Shown in pieces: positions 60,252 through 64,000 of a stretch of 64,000 nt of DNA; position 1 is the stretch's first letter, and each line of letters begins with the position of its first letter. The notes beneath the pieces are model-generated. The model saw only the letters and a list, made by a program, of their open reading frames with translations. It had not been told where the DNA came from and did no database searches. Origin of the DNA: Candidatus Lustribacter sp. (GTDB lineage: Bacteria > Vulcanimicrobiota > Vulcanimicrobiia > Vulcanimicrobiales > Vulcanimicrobiaceae); NCBI GenBank assembly GCA_965277805.1, contig OZ255842.1, positions 2,656,001 to 2,720,000 of the forward strand, in the 5' to 3' direction. Position numbers and translations under genes: made by a program.

Positions 60252-60671
60252 TTAGTTGCCGAACGACGTCTGCACGCCGGTCGAGAAAGACGTCTGGGTC
60301 TGGTTTATCGTGCCGTGGATGGTCTGCGTCGACTTATCGCCACCTTGGAAGAACGTGACGTTGGCCTGGGCCGCCCAGTCTTGGGAGTTCTGACCGTACA
60401 GATTCAGGTTGCCGCCGAGCGCGCTGTTGGAGCCCAGACCGGTTAGATTTGCGCCAAGGGAGCCGTTCTGGCTGCTGGTCTCCGAAACGGTAACTTGGGC
60501 ACCGGCATACTGGTCCCACGAGCTCGACGTGCTGTTGATGCTACCGCTGACCTGGGTCGAGCTGGAAGAGATTACGTTTGACAGACCGGCGGCGCTTGCC
60601 GGAAGCGCAAGCGCGCTGATTGCCGCCGACGTCGCGAAAGCACAAAGTGCCTTCTTCACATTAATATTCAT
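60252..60671 (-). CDS. Secreted Ser/Thr/Gln/Asn/Gly-rich small protein
   Basis: AAGGA RBS, signal peptide ending ASA-A, almost uncharged mature chain. Confidence 0.8.
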   Translation of the reverse strand: MNINVKKALCAFATSAAISALALPASAAGLSNVISSSSTQVSGSINSTSSSWDQYAGAQVTVSETSSQNGSLGANLTGLGSNSALGGNLNLYGQNSQDWAAQANVTFFQGGDKSTQTIHGTINQTQTSFSTGVQTSFGN

Positions 60672-61121
60672 GGTCGTTCCTTCATTTTTTGCAGTGCGAA
60701 GCCAGGCGGTGACTCATGCGTCGCCGACTTCGTGGATGCCGTACGCTGCATTCCTATCTGCAGCGTGCGTGCTGATAAACGATAGCCATGCAAAGTTTTA
60801 TTGCGTAGGGTTCTAAGGGACGTGCCGTACGGCCGGAAGTCCTAACGCTGCGATTTCTCAATGCGGTGTACGATAATTTACCGCGTACCTAGTACAAGAC
60901 GAACGAACGCGGTCACGTGCCAGGTCCGAAGCAAATGCCGGGAACGACGAGTCAATTATTTGCACGTGTGTGCACCGCAGCACACTGCGGCTGGACAAAA
61001 TCCTTACACGGCTTTTACGCGTACCACGGCCTGCGCCAGATTTCCAGGGTATGATAGGGCCCATACCGTCATGTCGTCGGTATCGATGACGTATGGTGGG
61101 ATTCATCAAGGAAGGACATGA

Positions 61122-61697
61122 GTGAAGCAAGGTCTGCAGGCCGCGATGTTTAGGAATGGCGAGACCGATCCATCTGCCATGCGTCGCCGGGCCATCGGGA
61201 TCTCGAAGCGGCGCGAGTCGCCACGCTTTATCATTTGCGATGCGTCGATGGCGGTGTTGTACGCTACTCCCGGCCTGGAATCCATAATTTCAGTTGAAGG
61301 CGGACTTGAGCCGCTCAAACCCCAGTGCCGTCAAAGCCTCGCCTCTAACGAGACAGTATTCCATCCATATGACGATGAGACGGTACTACGGATCGTCCCG
61401 CTTTCTAGTGGTTTGTTTGGCTGTGTTGCCATTTTCGTTGATACGTACAGCCATCGTGGCTCGGTCTTCGAGGCCGCCAAGCGATTCGGTTTAACGAAGC
61501 GCGAAGTTGAAGTGTTACAACTGATAATGCACTGCAAATCAAATTCCGAGATCGCTGACGTGTTGAGTATTGCTGAGACTACCGCCGCAGATCATGTTAA
61601 GAGCTTGATGCGTAAGTTTGGGGCCTCGAAGCGGATAGAATTAGTCGGAAGAGTTTGCAACTTAGAGCCGGTAGACGAGAAGGACAGTCATGGATAA
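61122..61697 (+). CDS. LuxR-family HTH regulator with PAS-like N-terminus
   Basis: FGLTKREVEVLQ..SNSEIA..HVKSLMRK. Confidence 0.85.
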   Translation: MKQGLQAAMFRNGETDPSAMRRRAIGISKRRESPRFIICDASMAVLYATPGLESIISVEGGLEPLKPQCRQSLASNETVFHPYDDETVLRIVPLSSGLFGCVAIFVDTYSHRGSVFEAAKRFGLTKREVEVLQLIMHCKSNSEIADVLSIAETTAADHVKSLMRKFGASKRIELVGRVCNLEPVDEKDSHG

Positions 61698-62277
61698 TGA
61701 GCTGATCCCGGAAGCGATCGGCTTAATCGGCGCGATGAACGTGTTTGACCCGGACATGAGCCAACATCTTATAGCGACCGCGGCATTTGCCGAGCGCGTC
61801 GCCCGAACGATGGGTCTCGATGAGGAGACAGTGACGAATTGCCACCTTGGTGGGTTGCTGCATGACGTTGGCTGGCTCGGTGTCGACAAGTCGGTCTTGA
61901 CCTATCCTGGAATGCTTGTGGAAGCGGAGTGGGAAATCGTGACGGGTCACTCAGTCCATGGGTATCGGCTGCTGAGCGGTATTCCGTCTCTCGCTCATAT
62001 TGCCCCAATCGTGCGCGCGCATCACGAGCGCATGGACGGGTCGGGCTATCCCGATGCACTCATCGGCAGCGAAATTCCGCTGGAGGCACGGATTATTGCA
62101 GTCGTCGATGCGTTCCACACAATGACGGTGCCGCATGTGTACCGGCGTGCATCCGCAACTACCACCGCCATGGCAGAACTGATGGGCAATAGTGGTTCGC
62201 AGTTTGACCTAACCGTGGTTGAAGCATTCGGAGCGGTTATTGGCGTCGGCCAGCGCGCACGCGCCCGACACGCTTAA
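61690..62277 (+). CDS. HD-GYP domain phosphodiesterase
   Basis: LHDVG, HHERMDGSGYPD, IPLEARII, QFD. Confidence 0.88.
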   Translation: MDNELIPEAIGLIGAMNVFDPDMSQHLIATAAFAERVARTMGLDEETVTNCHLGGLLHDVGWLGVDKSVLTYPGMLVEAEWEIVTGHSVHGYRLLSGIPSLAHIAPIVRAHHERMDGSGYPDALIGSEIPLEARIIAVVDAFHTMTVPHVYRRASATTTAMAELMGNSGSQFDLTVVEAFGAVIGVGQRARARHA

Positions 62278-62425
62278 CGTTGTCCGAGCGCGAACGCCTC
62301 CGGCGCGAAAAGCTCCTCGAGACCGGCGCGCCGCTTCGTGAACCCGTCAGCGACGAACGCGCCCGTGATCATTTCGAGGACTTCCGGTTGGTCTCCAGTG
62401 CAGTGATTCCTCAAGAACGGCGCCC

Positions 62426-62833
62426 ATGAAAAAGCTGTCAACGTGCGGCGAAACGTTGCGAATTCAGGACGACGACGCCGCACGCGCCAATTCGGTGCGA
62501 TCGACGGTTGTCGCATTTCTATCATCACATGCCAGTGACGCTTCCGACCTCATGGGCGCGGAACTTATCTTCGGCGAACTCCTCGGTAACGTCGTCGCGC
62601 ACGCACCTGGACCGGTCGAAATCAGCATCACATGGCTCGATGGGCAAGCGCTTCTTGCTGTCTGGGACGCCGGACCAGCTTACGCATTCGACGCCTCGCT
62701 TCCGAAAGACGTGCTCGACGAGCATCACCGCGGACTCTACATCATCAACCACTTTGGCGAGGACCTACGAGTCCTGCGACAGGGCGAGCGCAATCTGACA
62801 TCCGTGAAGCTTCCGGTGAAACGCAAGAGTTGA
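62426..62833 (+). CDS. RsbW-like anti-sigma factor / Ser kinase
   Basis: ELLGNVVAHA, VWDAG, HRGLYII. Confidence 0.8.
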   Translation: MKKLSTCGETLRIQDDDAARANSVRSTVVAFLSSHASDASDLMGAELIFGELLGNVVAHAPGPVEISITWLDGQALLAVWDAGPAYAFDASLPKDVLDEHHRGLYIINHFGEDLRVLRQGERNLTSVKLPVKRKS

Positions 62834-62859
62834 GCCGCGAGATACGCCGGCTGCATAGG

Positions 62860-63816
62860 TTACGGCGACGCGATTAGTTCGGAGGCCGGGAATGACTTCG
62901 TGAGCGTGCCGTATTTTGCAGCGGCGTCGATGACCGGCTGCATGTAGGCGGGGTTGAGCGTGCCCGACGTATCATACGTGGCGCGCGTCATGGTTTTCGC
63001 GACGTCCGGGTCAAGCTTCAAGTATTTCAGCAAGATAACGCCCGACTCGGTGTGATGCGCGTTCGCCCACACCGCAGTATGCTGCATTGCGACGCGGAAA
63101 CGGCGAATCGCCTCCGCGTTCTTCGCGATCCAGGAGTCATTGGCGAACCAGCCCATGATCAGGAATTTCGGCGCGATGGCGCTCTGGGCGTTACCGAGCT
63201 GGCGCACGACGTCCTTCGCGGCGCTGAGAAACGGCTCGTTCATGAGCGCCGCAGAAACCCGATGCGCCTGCACAGCCGCAGCCATCTCCGAGAACGGGAT
63301 CTCGATATACTTGATCGTTTTAAGGTCGGCGCCGCTTTTGTCGAGCCACGCTTCCGTCGTGAACTGCGTGAGGTCTTTGAGTCCGTTGACGGCGATCGTC
63401 GTGTTGTTCAAATCGCTTGCGACCTTGACGGGCGAGTCTTTGGCCACAACGAGCGTCGTCGTCGGCGGCGGTCCGCCATACATCGCGCCGGGTGCAATGT
63501 AGCGCATCGTCAGGCCGTGTTCGTGCGCGGTTGCGACAACGCCGACGCTCGCCACCGCGACGTCGATCGCGCCTGATGCCATGGCTGAGGTCAGCGCCGG
63601 GCCGTTGAGCAGCAGGGTAAGTTTGACATCGAGGCCGGCGTCTTTAAAGAACCCCATGTCTTGCGCGTAAAAGCCCTCGCCAGTGGCGTCGCCCGGCTGC
63701 ACGCCGAGATTGATGGTGATCGGATCGGTCGCGGCGCGCAGCGGCGTCGCGGCTCCGGCTGCAAGGGTGGCGCACGCCACAACGGCGAGGAGCAGGCGTC
63801 GGAACTTAGCCGCCAT
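62860..63816 (-). CDS. NitT/TauT (SsuA/THI5-like) ABC substrate-binding protein
   Basis: Signal peptide, GFFKDAGLDV, SGAIDVA, EPF; GGAGG RBS. Confidence 0.88.
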   Translation of the reverse strand: MAAKFRRLLLAVVACATLAAGAATPLRAATDPITINLGVQPGDATGEGFYAQDMGFFKDAGLDVKLTLLLNGPALTSAMASGAIDVAVASVGVVATAHEHGLTMRYIAPGAMYGGPPPTTTLVVAKDSPVKVASDLNNTTIAVNGLKDLTQFTTEAWLDKSGADLKTIKYIEIPFSEMAAAVQAHRVSAALMNEPFLSAAKDVVRQLGNAQSAIAPKFLIMGWFANDSWIAKNAEAIRRFRVAMQHTAVWANAHHTESGVILLKYLKLDPDVAKTMTRATYDTSGTLNPAYMQPVIDAAAKYGTLTKSFPASELIASP

Positions 63817-63922
63817 TGAAATTCCCTCCAGGATGGAGCGAGGAGAATGAAATCCCCGCACCGTTCCTTGAGAGGATGGGCCACTACTGCCACTCAGGCC
63901 CGTTCGCTATCGAGGTTCGACC

Positions 63923-64000
63923 GTGACCGAATTTTTGACGACCACCGAGATTGTGCGCGCCGCGCAGGCTGCGCTCGAGCCGTCGGCCTGGGATTACATC
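63923..64000 (+). CDS. FMN-dependent alpha-hydroxy-acid oxidase, N-terminus (runs off window)
   Basis: MTEFLTTTEIVRAAQAALEPSAWDYI matches the A...L....WDY start of this family. Confidence 0.6.
   Translation, partial: MTEFLTTTEIVRAAQAALEPSAWDYI

Larger units (their letters stand above)
50495..62850. mobile_element. Decayed genomic island at tRNA-fMet (right boundary approximate)
   Basis: Integrase relic next to the tRNA, visibly more A/T-ending codons, duplicated tRNA-flanking sequence, accessory gene content. Confidence 0.75.

Noticed and set aside
50495-62850. Intact prophage or conjugative element
   Set aside because: No capsid, terminase, relaxase or T4SS genes, and the integrase is broken.

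Overview
High-GC chromosomal window from a diderm bacterium with Terrabacteria-like gene content (TonB receptor and RseB together with hrcA/CIRCE, ymdB, accD-accA and divIC). This mix suggests Eremiobacterota/WPS-2, which is an inference. Bases 1-50.5 kb are mostly core genes: ahcY, ymdB, a Cu/Zn uptake cluster, an ECF sigma module, a diguanylate cyclase, etfBA, ppx, accAD, a 2,097-aa poly-HAMP hybrid kinase with cheR, hrcA-dnaJ-rsmE, acs, a DinG-family helicase and a DtxR/MntR regulator. About 50.5-62.85 kb is a visibly more AT-rich decayed island integrated at tRNA-fMet. The main signals missing from the ORF track are: (1) a tRNA-Leu(UAA) split by a 244-nt group I intron at the cyanobacterial/plastid site; (2) a Met-rich membrane protein ending in the ribosome-arrest motif RAPP, placed ahead of a CusF-TonB receptor-ZnuA-ZnuB-Zur gene run; (3) a 32-aa peptide gene between a MalT-like STAND/LuxR regulator and two HD-GYP genes; (4) a secreted gene pair, one member looking like a very long beta-hairpin; (5) an integrase relic with an internal inversion and a duplicated tRNA-flanking terminator; (6) two conserved genes that lack a canonical start codon at the expected position. 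All product calls come from motif recognition by eye; no searches were run.
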